A stretch of DNA of 63,738 nucleotides, counting the filler, from Sphacelaria rigidula (lineage: Eukaryota), in assembly GCA_964200075.2 (NCBI GenBank). It is 5 parts of 5 records of this genome, joined end to end, with 100 filler letters (N's around TTAATTAATTAA, not from the genome) between each part and the next. Parts side by side here need not be neighbours in the genome. Positions count along the whole stretch, not along the records: positions 51,076 to 63,738 come from CAXNAA020003524.1; 4 more parts are not named here. One strand, given 5' to 3'. Under the pieces are notes generated by a model that worked only from the letters and a program-made list of their open reading frames with translations, searched no databases and was not told the DNA's origin. A program made the position numbers and the translations under genes. The stretch's first letter is position 1, and the number at the start of each line of letters is the position of its first letter. Shown piece by piece: positions 51,353 through 63,738 of this stretch.

Positions 51353-53892
51353 GGGGTATCAAGTCCGTATTGCCCTAAAAACACCAACGTGAGCACTGCA
51401 GTTTGAGCGCGGCATCCCCCTTCTCCCTAAATCTACCGGCGCTAGCACTTTCAAATAGTAGTGAAGAACGGGTACTCCAGAATAACTCGGAAAAAAGGAC
51501 AACTACGAATTCTGAAAACTTCTGTTGCCAACTACTATATCCCGAATGAAATTGAAAACGGGTAATGATATGTCCTGACCCATATCTTGTGTTGCTCCAC
51601 AGTTTGGGAGCCTCTGAGCGACAGAGATTCGGGCCGAAATGTGAAACATGCAACTCCTACCACCGTAGTAGTAGCACGCATCTGACGTGTTGCTCAATTT
51701 TGGGGAAATTTATTTCCACGGCACGTAGTCGAAAACAATGATTGATGCCTGTCTCGACGTCAAATTCGTCGCCGTTTGAAAGGTACAGCTGATAAATAGT
51801 TGGGAAGAGAGATCTAGCACAATAAATGTATTATGGCAATTCACAAGAACCTTTGAGAATAATTGTGTCTTGCGAATGTTTGCTCGGAGTTCGAGAGTTT
51901 GGACCTGGAAAATGGAGGAGACGAACGAATCGACCATACGAAGCTACACGCTTCGCTCCCAACTGGGTTTCGAGGCCTGAAATCCCAACCTTTGAGCGGG
52001 AAACCCTAGAAGTAATATTTGGTCTCTTGCGCCTGCATCGGCGTGTATCCGATCTTCGCACATGAAAACGCACCAAGAGAAAGTCCATCTCGCTTCCCCC
52101 CCCCCCCTCCTCCCTCCCCTGCAAACCGTGTTGATTGCGAGTGGCGAAGAGGGGTACAGGAAGGCGGAATGCGCGCCGTCTTGGTGTGTAGTCACCCATG
52201 CAAACGCGATTGCTCGAATGACGTTTTTTATGGAGTCACCAACTTCAGCTTCATCTCGGAGATATTTCGTGGCAGTAGGCTTACGAACTCATACCGTTAT
52301 TTTCTCCTTCTCTGTGCATGCATGCATGCATGAACAAGAACTACCACCCTGCCCCCCCCCCCCTCATACACACAAGCCGTGCTGAAAATAAGACGACACT
52401 CGTTAAAAAAAAACCTTCAACAAAGCAACAACCAAAATAGCAACTCCCTTCGAGGGGAAAAAAACAACAAAAACATGGAAATTTAGGGGGTCACACTTGC
52501 ACCACCAAGTCGCCATACAACCAACCAAGCATCAAACCCACAGACCAAGAGCGGTAAGTCGTATCCTCGGAAAAAGTGATGACAGGCAAAAACGCCGTCA
52601 CGTGACGCGTTCCGAACTACAACACACATGGAAAAAACAACGACAAACAATTCGAGCACAGCACACATTCTACACGGTACTGCAGCAACATAAATAAATG
52701 CGGTAAATCCCCAGATCCTCTTCAAACACACACAAATATATTATATACATACACCCTGAACCTGAACCGGTCGAAACTTCGCCTCCGACAAGCAGCAGAG
52801 AAAAACTTACAAAACTGGAGTTTTCTGACCAAACTACCACAACAAGACGAATCAGGAAACTGTATTTACATTTACGAATATCAAAGTGGCGTTGGGTGCT
52901 TTTCTTCGCCATTGCTCCTCGGAACACCAAATCGAATCAGCAATCCCTCAACCTCCCCATGGAGCGGAAGTCGCCATCCTCGTGCACAAAATGTCCCCAA
53001 GATCTACCAGTAGGCCGCTCGGAATGGAAAGCATGGTAGCCAACGCCTCGTCGACATCAAACGAGGGGTAAAAAATGATCATATAGACCGCCGACCTACA
53101 ATACGCTGCTCATACGCGATATGCGTGCCTACCCCACTACCGTATAATTTTTGATGCAGCGCAGTACATATGTAGTATGACGCGATTTCTAGGGGGAAAA
53201 AACAGACACACAGACACACAGAGTCTAGGAACTTTTTACAGAAAACATTGAGGGGATCGCATCGGCGAGCGATATGTTCGCGAGTACCTCGCTCGCGTGT
53301 GCACAGCTGACGAGGCGCCAAAAAACAGGACAGAGAAAAGACGTGACGTTACGCCACGCCCCTCACGTGACGCAACGTAACTCGATACTCGATCGACACC
53401 ACTCAAAGAGCCGTCCCGTCATATCCTCGTCCCTGCATGCAGTCTTCGGGGATACAGTCAAAATCATGCTGCCATGTTGTCGAAGGAAAAAAACAAGAAC
53501 ACGCTCACGTGTCACATGCGACGTGCTCTCCCGTCAAGAATGTGCAGTACGCGTACCGAGGTTAGCATGTTTCGTTTCTGCGAACAAATATCCTCTCTAC
53601 TTGTTTAACGGCGCACCCTCCCCGGCAAGGATACACACCACCGTCATCCATGGTGGAGAGAGTTACCCCGTCCCGGAAACCGCGGATGACGCCAGCCGCC
53701 GACCAAACGAATCGGTCACGTTGTTAGCAACACTTATTCAATCAGAAATGCTTTTGTCGCTCTTCTCCCTCCCCCTCTTCATCGGGCCAGGCATTTCTTA
53801 ATCTGGTTCCCGCCACTTCACATCGTCCTCGGAATCTCGATCACAAAACGGACTGAAATTGGAATGGCAACGGAATTGAATAAAAAGACGAG

Positions 53893-53923
<31 letters not shown>

Positions 53924-54511
53924 CAAAAAAAATAGATTTAATCGGTTCCAACCGCGGGCGCTCCTGGAGTACCGGCTAGCGCTGCTATTTGTTTTTCAAG
54001 TTCCTCCACCCTCGCGAGTAGGAATTTGTTTGATTGTCGCTGTCCGTCTAACTGGTGCGCCTTCACCTAAAAAAGAAAAGGTTAAAAAAAGACAAAAATA
54101 AGGGGGGGGGGGGAGAAAGGGCCGATGAGGGTAAGCTAGCCAAACATAAGACACGATTCGAAGGGAAAACAAGAAAAAATAGGCCCTCTGCCGTTGGTCG
54201 TCAGGGTGGGTCATCTGCCGAATCGGCATCATTTTCGCTCGAAAAGATGAATCCAGGACTCGTATGACTCCCCCTGCTGGTCGAAGGGTCAACGACGCAC
54301 TCACGCTCACAAGGGTTCCCTGTACTGTATTCTCATGCCCTCTTTCGCGCAGCAAATACTCCAACGCGGAAAAATATGGAGGTCACTTTTATAACGACCA
54401 ACCTCGACGAGGTAAATTTGTTTTGAGACTTTTGATTCCTTTTTTCTACTTTTTTCCTTCTCTCGCATTTCGAGGTTCAGTCAACATTCCCCAATCAGCT
54501 TGTGGTGGTAC

Positions 54512-57112
54512 CTGCAGAGTGTCCGTCAAGGCCGCAACTCGTCCGTTCAGCTCTGTATTCTGCTTCAGCGCCTTTTTCGCCGCCTCGGTCATGCTACTCC
54601 GGCTGTGCGGGACCCCATCTGCTCTAGTGCTGAGCAAGTGGGGCGGGTGCGACGGAAACACACAAGTAGCACAAGCGCGCCCGGGGGGGGGGGTCGGAGG
54701 GGGGTGGACTCATTTGTTGCTTGCCTTATTATAGTCACTTAACTGTCGACCACGCATCCCTTTCGAGACGGAGCACCGTTCCTGCTCCCAATACACACTC
54801 GTCCAACATTCGTGCATTCATTACCATTCATCCATACATGACGACAAGAATCTTTGACATATAGCGCGCGCGGAGGAGGAGGAGGCGGGGTGACATGGCA
54901 TGCACGGATATCCGCGTATTTTTGACAAGGATCACGAATGCTGATACAGGAACAGGAAACCTTACATATGTGCCCCTGCGCAGGAACACTCTACACATAG
55001 GTGCAGTCTATACCCATCCATGCACTGCTATGCATCACCCCCACGTTTTCGTCACCCCCCCCCCCCCGCCCCTCCCTCAAAACGCCACTGTCACTCTAGA
55101 AAATAAACGGCACAGAAAAAAAGGTATGGAAACGCACAAGGAGACATATGAATAGAAACACAGGCACAAAAAAAAGAGCACACGCACTCACGGCATCATG
55201 TTGTCCGCCTCGCCATCCTTCTCTGCTGCCATCGCGGCCATCTTCACCTTCAGATCCGCATACCTGTTCACAACAAACACCCCAAGTAGGATAGGTAACG
55301 ACGAAATGCATGATATTTTCTCAACCGAACACCCCGCCCGCCCTCCCCTCAAAATCTGCTTCCCGAAAGGGATGCGTGGTCAATGGTCAAACGACCAAGG
55401 CAAGCAACAAACGAGTGCACCCCCCCCCCGAAACTCCTGTATCAGAAGGCTGAGACCTTCCTGCAACGGCATGTGTCCACATTAGTCCCATCAATCATTA
55501 CTTTTCAGAGCACGGGAGAAAACCTCCCTGAAATCTCTGGCTCCCCCGCGTCCACTTTCGACAAGTCTATCGCACCCAAAAAACTAGTCGCGGAGACTTC
55601 GACCTCTCTTGCTGAGCGCTCATGTGGTCTTGTCTTCTGGCTCTCACTTGGTAACGATGATCTCGATCTGGTCCACCGTGCGCCCATTCCCGCACACCCT
55701 GGATAGATCTTTGGCCAAAGAATCCGCCCGATGCTTGGCGGAGTTGCGCTGCGCCGTGAGCTGCATCACCTGTTCCGTTTTACTCTGGACGATTCCCGAC
55801 CCCCAGTCCACAAACAGCAAAGCAGGCACACTTGAGACTCCTGTTTACTGTATCAAACACTGTTTTGCTACATTACCGTCACGCCCGAAGTTCACACGCG
55901 GTCGACATGATACCAAGCACAGCTGAACAACATTGATCCTGCACTGAAAAAACAGCTTGTGCACGGTGAGCTAGCTGCGTCGTGTAACTGTTGACTACGG
56001 GGATATTTTCGCAAGCACGCACCCTCAACCTCTCACGGCCTTCGTACGTACAAGACTGTCCATATCACGGGGAGCGGGAGGGGGAGGGGGGGGGCGTGCT
56101 CATTTGTTGCTGGCCTTAATCGTTTGACCATTGACCACGCATCTCTTTCGAGGCGGAGCACCCTTGCTACTCCTACTAGAGACACCTCCAAGATTTGGGT
56201 GCTCATTAATTTTCTTCCATACACGACACAAAAACCTTGTACATATCTTCTCCCCGTCCTGTTTCGCCGTCTTGGGTCACCATATATCTCCCAATACAGC
56301 CACCGTCTTCTCGCTACTGTCCAGTGCATTAAACAATTTCACACCGCCTTCGTTCACGTCGCGCATTTCCCCTCTACCACGTCCCATTCCTCCTTGTACG
56401 GTTCACTTTCTGCCACTACATGAGTTCTGCTCTCTGCTGTTCTTGTCACAGGGGCGATTCTGTGCATCTACTTCGTCCTCCTCTCGACCACCGGTACATC
56501 TACGGGGAGGGGGGTCCGTCTGTGAAATCAAGTCATGATTTGGGGAGGTTGTTTCGAGACCATTCTTGAAAGGCAATAGCAAAAACAGCCGTGCCAAATC
56601 GCACCCAAGCCACGAGCGTAACAACAATGAGGAGAAAGCAGCGTGCCACGCTCCTTCACGTCACGTCAAGACGGACAAATATAGTACGGTTGTGGTTCGC
56701 TCGCTTGACAAGAGCACATAATTAGACGCAACAGCGGGAGGCTCTGAAACATGAAATTGCCAAAAAGATGTCAAGAAAAGCGCCACGAGTATGCTCAGAG
56801 ACTAAATCAACTGGACCCTACATAATTCATGGGCAGCAGTTGACACATCCTACTTGGAACGGGAGGGGGGGGTACTCATGATATTGCATGCCGTAGTCAT
56901 AAGATCATTGGCCTTTCATCCCTACAAAGCTGGGACGGAGCACGCCGGGGTTTCGCGGGCTAGCCTCGCGATCAATCACCAAGGGCGAAGCACCATGATA
57001 TATGTTCGGCGAGTCGCATGAGGGTTGAGCAGCATCCTGTTAATATTGTTCGGCCCGAAGCGTAATGATCATCTTGCACAAGTATGAAAGCCTCGAATGA
57101 GTTGCTTCGAAA

Positions 57113-57144
<32 letters not shown>

Positions 57145-60100
57145 GGAAACCCGCCGAACCCTCGGCCGCACCACCTCACTCCGGGCNNNNNNNNNNAGGG
57201 GATAGGGGGTGGGTGGGGTGGGGGGGGAGGGGGGGGGGGGGGGGGGGGGGGTGGGGTCGGTGTTGCGGGTGGAGGGAGGAAAGACTCAAGGAAGAATTGG
57301 GAAACTCACGGCCATCTCCGAGCGAATTTTTTCCTCTGCAGCGACCGCGGCGTTTGCCTTCGCCAGAGCCTCGGCTGCCTGCGCCTCCGCCTTTTCCATC
57401 CTATCCGTAGCCTCTGATTTATCGTTTTCCAGTGACGAGATGGTGCTTTCCAGCTCTTTCACCCGGGCTGTGAGCGCCTCGGTTTCAGCAAGCTAGCATT
57501 TGTATTTTTGCGGTGAACAAGGCACACGAGGGCGGATAAAAGGGGTCGGAGTGAAGGCGTTGGGCACACGGAGGTTAGGGTGTGGGGGATGACGAGGTGA
57601 TCTCCGGATCAAACCTGGCCGGCCGCCACTAGTAAATGAGCCGCGTGTTGTGCTTCAGTGCATCGCCCTGCTCACGTTATCAGTACCACCTGCATCACCA
57701 GTTACGTACACGCAACTTTGCTTCATACACTGCGCTCCTGTTGAAGAACAACGTGTACACGTGCGACTACATGTGCTGATCCGGGTGAAACATCCCATTT
57801 CAACATTTCTTGTCCCAGGTCAACATTCTCATAGTTTCCGCTGGATGCGTGTGCGAGGGAGAGGGTACAGTTCCTACTCTCTGTCTCTGTCTCTGTCTCC
57901 GTCTGTATGTCTGTGTCGCACATTCAACTCGCATCTCCAAACTCTTTTTAACTCACCTGTGCTGCCGACATCTGTGCTTCCAGAGCTTCCGCCCGCGCCT
58001 TAGCAGCGTTTGCGTCGGCCACGAGCTCGAGCTTTTCTCTCTCCAGCGACTGAGCTCGGAGGAGTGAGTGGGCGCGGGCAAAGAAGACAGGCAGAAGGAA
58101 GTACTGTAAGGGGAGATGTCGAGAGTTTACAGTGAGACAAGCTGTGAGGGGGAATAAGGCCAGCGCTACAAAATGCAAGCAAAAGTTGCGACAATAAAGA
58201 TGCAAGAAGGGGTGCACGTGCGATCGCAGCTTATCAAGATATGAACCCAATCGCTTCTCGAACGTGTCGGCTTATCACCGAGGGTGGGTGGCGGTTACGA
58301 TGGATGCAAGTGCAGGTAGAAAAGCGCCGGATAGCAGCGGGTGTTTCTCGAGAGCCCCAGCTTCCCCGTGTATGCTGCGCGATACACACAAAAAGACACG
58401 CGAGCAAATAATCCGATCGCTCTTTTCACAACTGGCCAATCCCTATCAAAACGGAGGAAGAAAAAAAAACAGAGCAACGAAACCTCTTCGTGCGTATCAA
58501 TAACAAACATGCTCACGCTTTTCCTCACACGCACCGCACGCCAAGATGCACGATGACCCCCCCCCCCAACCCCCCAAAACACACACATGACATGAATCCT
58601 CATGACAGCGCAGCTTTTTTGGGCAATCCGTCCAAGTACTACCCCGACAAACTACATTTGAGCCCACGATGCACCAATCCACTCACCGCCACCTTGTTGT
58701 CCAAAACCGCCGCTCTCGCCTTTGCCTGGTCCACCTCTCGCTCTGCCTTGCTCGCCCGAGCCACCGCATCTTCCTTGACGGCGCGTTCGCTGGCCAACTC
58801 CGACTGAGCGATCTGCGGACGGTTGCGTGCAGGAAACGGCAACAGAAGCGTATGTAACGAATTCACGACATGGCGCACGAGGCACGGATTGTACTTTCTT
58901 TTGTCAAAATCGATGGTTACACAAGGAGGAAGTCAAATTACCCCCCTCGGGATACAAAAGAAGCACGTGCGTACCCCCACAACACTCCCTCCCTCAGCGA
59001 ACAGCGGACTAAACACGATAAATACGACAAAGACATTTGCCGCATCATGACTAGGGGTATAATACACACAAAAATACATACCTAGGAGCACACACACGCA
59101 CACACATTTCGCCGTCAGACCCCCAACCCCCGCCAGCCCCCACGAATGTCCACGAATCATTTCTATACCCTGGACAACAGATTACGTTGTCCAGGACGCG
59201 ATCATACCCATGAAACTTAGCCTCATGTATAACTACATATGTCAGTTTCCGTTTCAACTATTGTACATATACTTATACCGACCATCTCCTGTGCACCTCG
59301 GCACTCAAATCTTTCGCGATTTAGTACGGGTGTTGAGCAATCCTTGCGATTCCACATTGTGACACGTGCATACCCAAGGATACAGGCGTCATATCTCCAT
59401 GGTTCGGACGAATCATTGCCGGTTCGAATGACCAAATCCATGATTTCTTAGGCCGGATTGCTTCAAAGAGAGAAAAAAGTCGACAGCTGGTCAAACAGGT
59501 CTCCACGCAACTTTTTCTCCACTCCACGCGCCTGGGCTGCGCGTACCTGGCTTGCAACGCTGAAAACAAAGCCTAAGGATTGATTCGTACGGTACGAACC
59601 AATTAGACTGAAATCAAGTAATTTCGAGACAAATCGTCAACTCGTCCGACCCTTGCATATCTTCGACCATACCTTTTATCATAACTCCCCCGCCCCCCCA
59701 GCCCTCACTTCGGACACACACGCAGGCACATCCACGCGCACACAGCTCTGTTCTCTACTTATCGCACACCTCAGCCTCCCCGCCCAGCTTCCTCACGACC
59801 TTCTCCAGCCCAGATAGCTTTCTCTCCCGAGAACCCGCCTCCTGCTCCACCGCCCCCGCTCTCTTTCCAAGGGACTCCGCCGACTCCACCGCCGCCTTGA
59901 GCTGCACCCTGAGCGTCGCCACCTCCTTCGATAGCGCCTCAACTTTCTCGTCGGCGGCCTCCTTGCCTTCGGCACGCGAGGCCAGCGACCGGGAAAGAGG
60001 GCGCAGGAGGTCAAGCTCCCCTGATACCAGGCGCAGCTGCGAAAGAGGCAGTAGAGGTGGTGGGATGAGAGAGATAGGATTTTTTTCAGGGGGAGGGGGG

Positions 60101-63100
60101 GGGGGAGGGGGGGCACATGCACGTGTTCACATTTCTACAAACCAGTTTTGTACTGTAATACTGTTACTCAATTTCGTGCAAGTCGTCCAGACGTTGAGAC
60201 ATATGCTACGCAATTCAACTCTCAACATGACGACAGCTGGTAGAGCATAAGGGGTAGGCGGGCGGGCGGGCGGGCGGGCGGGGTGGAGGGGGGCATACTC
60301 ATTTGTTGCTTGCCTCAGTCATTCAACCATTAACCACGCATCCCTTTCGAGACGGAGCATCGTCCGTACTCCTGACGGAGACGCTTCCAACATCTGGGCG
60401 CTCATTACGTTCCTTCCATGTACTACACAAAAACCTTTTCCCCACATTTCATCCCCCTCCTGTTTCGCCGTCTGTGGTCAGCATTTATCTTCGAGTACAG
60501 CGATCGTTTTCTCGCTACCACGTAATGTACCAAAAGATTCCATGCCACCTTCGTTTTCTTTCCACATTCCCCCCTCCAACACGTCCAGTTTCCTGCTCGT
60601 ATAGTTCACCCTGTCCCATTATAGAAGCTCTACTCTCTATTGCTTCGCCACAGGGGCAGTTCTGTGCATCTTCTTTCTCTTCTAACCTGCTACTGGTATA
60701 CCTCCTTTATGGCAGGTCCAGGTCCTCCATCCGAAATCGCACCTTCAACTGTATTGCGTAGCTCATTGGACCGTGCTGACATATTTTTGCCTCCATCCCT
60801 TCTCTCAACCCCCCGGAATCTTCAGGTGCTCTGCCTCGCCCACTTTCCGTCCCCTGTTTTCCCCTTATTTCTACCATGTCCCTCACTCTCGTCTTGTACC
60901 CCTCCTATTTGCCTCTTAACATTATCTCGTCTTGGATTCCTCCCATATCCTTCCATACTTTCTCGACTACGCTACACCACCTTATTCCAGCCTGCCCTTT
61001 CGTGACTTTCTCCCATACAGCCCTGTCAAATATGGCTGGCAATCTGTTGCTTGGACGGATCCTCATGTTGTATTGCCGTTTCAGTTTTCTCATGTCTCTG
61101 TTCTATAATAAGTGGGTACATTCCCTATTCCGCTCTCAATACTGCACTACTCGTCGTTTCTGAGCATCCTAGTCTTTTCTTAGCTGCTGTCATCTATTAT
61201 GTTTACAGCTGCTCCACCAACTTCGCGTCCCCTCTCCGCGCTTCTGCATTTTCTTGCTTCGGTACCGTCTCATTGATCGGAATACATCTCTTAACCCTAG
61301 AACCTAGGTGCGAGTCACTGAGGATTACATCCATTTCGTCCATCTCTGCCTTACCCTTTCTCATCATTGTACCAATGTGTGCATTCCAAGAACAGTTTTT
61401 TTAGGTCTCTACACCAAGGTATGTATAGTGGTCTACGATCGACAATTCCTCCTCTCCCCATTTCCATTTCAACTCTACCGGATTTCCCTTATTTTCGTGA
61501 CATACAAGTACCCCGCATTTGTTCACGTTCGCTGTCACTCTCCATGCCCTCGTATTTTCTAGCGCCTTCTCTATTCCTGCAATCCTTCTGCTGCTCGTGA
61601 TATCCCCACGAAATCATCCACGCACATAAACCCTGATAGCCCGTCTTTCCCCGCCCCGACTCCTTGTATTTATGTGTTTTTCATCATGTAATTGTGAAAT
61701 CCTTAAATGAAGCGGGTGATGACATCCGTTTTGTTAAGCTCCTTGTGAAAAATCAAATACATTTCTATATTTCCCCATGTAGCACCGTAGCACAGCTCGC
61801 ACATTTCATCATCTTCACCATTCTCCTCATCTTTCCTCTGATCCCAGTTTCCCACATCTTTTTTGGCCGGGAGGGGGGGGGCAAGATATTCACGAGCGGT
61901 CGGTAAAAGAGGAGGTGTGATACACATCTGCGGGGATGCTTAGCAAAGGCCTTCATCTCGCAGGCCTCCATCACGCCAACCGGCTTGAGCGCAAAAAAGC
62001 CAAAACAAGGAGTACTGTCAAGTTTATCTCTTGGTGTGCAAAACAAGGCATTTTGTCTCGTCTACACAACACACGGGTCATACTCAAATCCAGCCCCTTT
62101 CTCCCGCTTCCTCACAGCCTCTTCACCTCGGCCTCTGCCTTCTCACGTCTCGCCTCCCCGGCCTCCCACATCCCGTGCGCCTCCTTCAGCTGCCTCTCTC
62201 GGTGGTCAGCGATAGCTCTTGCTTGTCGGAGATCTTCCAGCAATGTCGCCAGCGACCTTTTGCGCCCCATGCATCATCATCGGGCAATGAAGGCGTGCAC
62301 AGAACACGCACACAAATCCACACAAGTGACACTGGTCGTGTTTGTAGCCATCAATTCGCGGTGTGCCACAACAGCACAATGCACCGGTGTTGCCATGGGT
62401 AACGAAGTTTCAATTCAATAACGTACGGATATGTTGGGAGGGGGGCGGGGTGCCGAAGGAGGGATGTACTCATGATCTTGTTTGGCGTAGTCACATGACC
62501 ATTGACCTCGTATCCCTACAAAACCGGGACAGAGCACGCCGACTTTTCGCTGGACTAGACTCGCAGTCACACACCAAACGCGAAGCACCGTGGCGTGTTC
62601 GGCGAGTCGCATGAGGGGAGGGGGGGAGTGACACGAAGTGACGGGTGTTTGCGAGAGTCCTAGTAAGTAGCCTTGAAAAATTGCAGACATGACATGGTGG
62701 TGAGTGGTGACAAGCGCGAACACATGACTTGTGCCGCGTGTACTCGTCAAAGTCCTTTTACTGGGCACGGCATTGCAAAACAAGTGGCTGGCGATCCGGA
62801 CGCTCTAGGTAATAACTGCCGGAAACAGGCAAAAAACTGCTACGAGAAAAAGAAATGAGAGAGGCATAGGCTAAAAACATGTGCGCAAAGAAACATGGAC
62901 AAAACAAAAGGAACGGAAGAAAGACTGCAACGTAGCATGTATGCACGAGCCACACGTATTACCGCCACGACACAACGAGGTCTTGCTACTGTGCCCCTCG
63001 TTCCATTTTGGCGACCTCACGAAAATCGCAGACACTCACCACACTCCGCACTACAATCTGGGTATACTTTGCTCAGTTCGAACACAAACAGCCCAGGGTG

Positions 63101-63631
63101 ATAGAAGAGAGGATCAAACCCTGCAACCCCCCAAAATGACCGTCCTTTTTTTCAGAGCACCGTAGCAAAACACACATGAAAACACAGAAGGGGCGCAAAA
63201 TAACCGGTCAGACTTCCTCACCTAGGCCCACTATCCTGTGCCCCTCCCCCGCCCTCACTATTACCCCACGGCGAAGCATCTCCCCACGACGACGAGGAAA
63301 CGAGCGCACTCCCGACCCCACGCTCGCCCGCGCCTCCGTCATGATCGCCAGCAACAGCTGACCCGAGCATCGGCGGAACCGAAGAGCCATCGCCACACTC
63401 AACCCCCGTCGCCGCTCCCATCCCCGCCCCCGCCACGGTCGCCATAACGGTCAGACTGTTCCTGTTTCCTCCAAGCGTGGTCAGACCGCCGCCACCGCTG
63501 GCGACGGTGTCGCTTGTTTCTCGACAGTATCTCCGCTCGGTGTCGGTGTCGGTATCCGAACTGTACGAGGAGGGGTAACTCTTCTCGTATTCATCGTCGT
63601 CACCGTCCGTCGATTCCTCCGATTCGTCGTT
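54512..63631 (-). CDS. Long coiled-coil protein of unknown family with acidic/Gly-Ser-rich N-terminal part (partial)
   Basis: Phase-compatible exons 63631-63222, 62256-62127, 60036-59770, 58812-58687, 58049-57957, 57492-57310, 55784-55648, 55263-55192, 54623-54512; possible terminal exon 54273-54229. E/K/A-rich heptad sequence, e.g. LAETEALTARVKELESTISSLENDK and QLTAQRNSAKHRADSLAKDLSRV. Confidence 0.82.
56081..56540 (-). mobile_element. 3' fragment of poly(C)-tailed LINE family B
   Basis: Collinear with about 60285-60740. Shorter copies of the terminus at 54683-54790 (-) and 55360-55429 (+). Confidence 0.75.
60285..61900 (-). mobile_element. Degenerate non-LTR retrotransposon (LINE family B) with RT remnant and poly(C) 3' end, in an intron of the coiled-coil gene
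   Basis: Minus-strand translation with stops and frameshifts: LSGFMCVDDFVGIS (YADD-box equivalent), WRVTANVNKCGV, KWGEEELSIVDHYTYLGVE, RLPAIFDRAVWEKVTKGQAGIRW. Ends GGATGCGTGGTTAATGG...AAATGAGTATGCCCCCC. Confidence 0.85.
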
Positions 63632-63738
63632 CTGGGATCAGGAGAGCGCGGGACAGTGGGTGGGAAACGGGGGGGGTGTTCTCATGATCATGCATGCCAT
63701 AGTCGAAAGACCATTGACCTCGCGTCCCTACAATGCCG

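Overview
Intron-rich eukaryotic nuclear DNA, most likely from a brown alga (Phaeophyceae). This assignment rests on a brown-algal-type 5S rRNA copy, short exons in long repeat-filled introns, and the gene content. The window is not one locus. It is five unrelated contigs of about 12.67 kb (1-12670, 12771-25439, 25540-38207, 38308-50975, 51076-63738) joined by N...TTAATTAATTAA...N linkers. Most ORF-track entries are spurious, so I rebuilt the genes exon by exon from splice sites and reading phase. Contig 1 holds a REJ/PKD-type extracellular protein (12 exons, one GC-AG intron) and a candidate nested antisense Cys-rich gene. Contig 2 holds repeats, a degenerate 5S rRNA and part of a COG4-like gene. 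Contig 3 holds a RIC1-like gene. Contig 4 holds a plant-type LRR gene and possible Cys-rich exons. Contig 5 holds a long coiled-coil protein. Mobile DNA includes two tRNA-headed SINE families, an RTE-like LINE with (TCAA)n tails, two related retroelement families ending in poly(C), and TA-flanked MITE-like elements with internal hairpins. The most unusual signals are the poly(C)-tailed retroelement pair, the nested antisense Cys-rich gene, and the position-conserved hairpin in a MITE family. All calls were made by eye without database searches.
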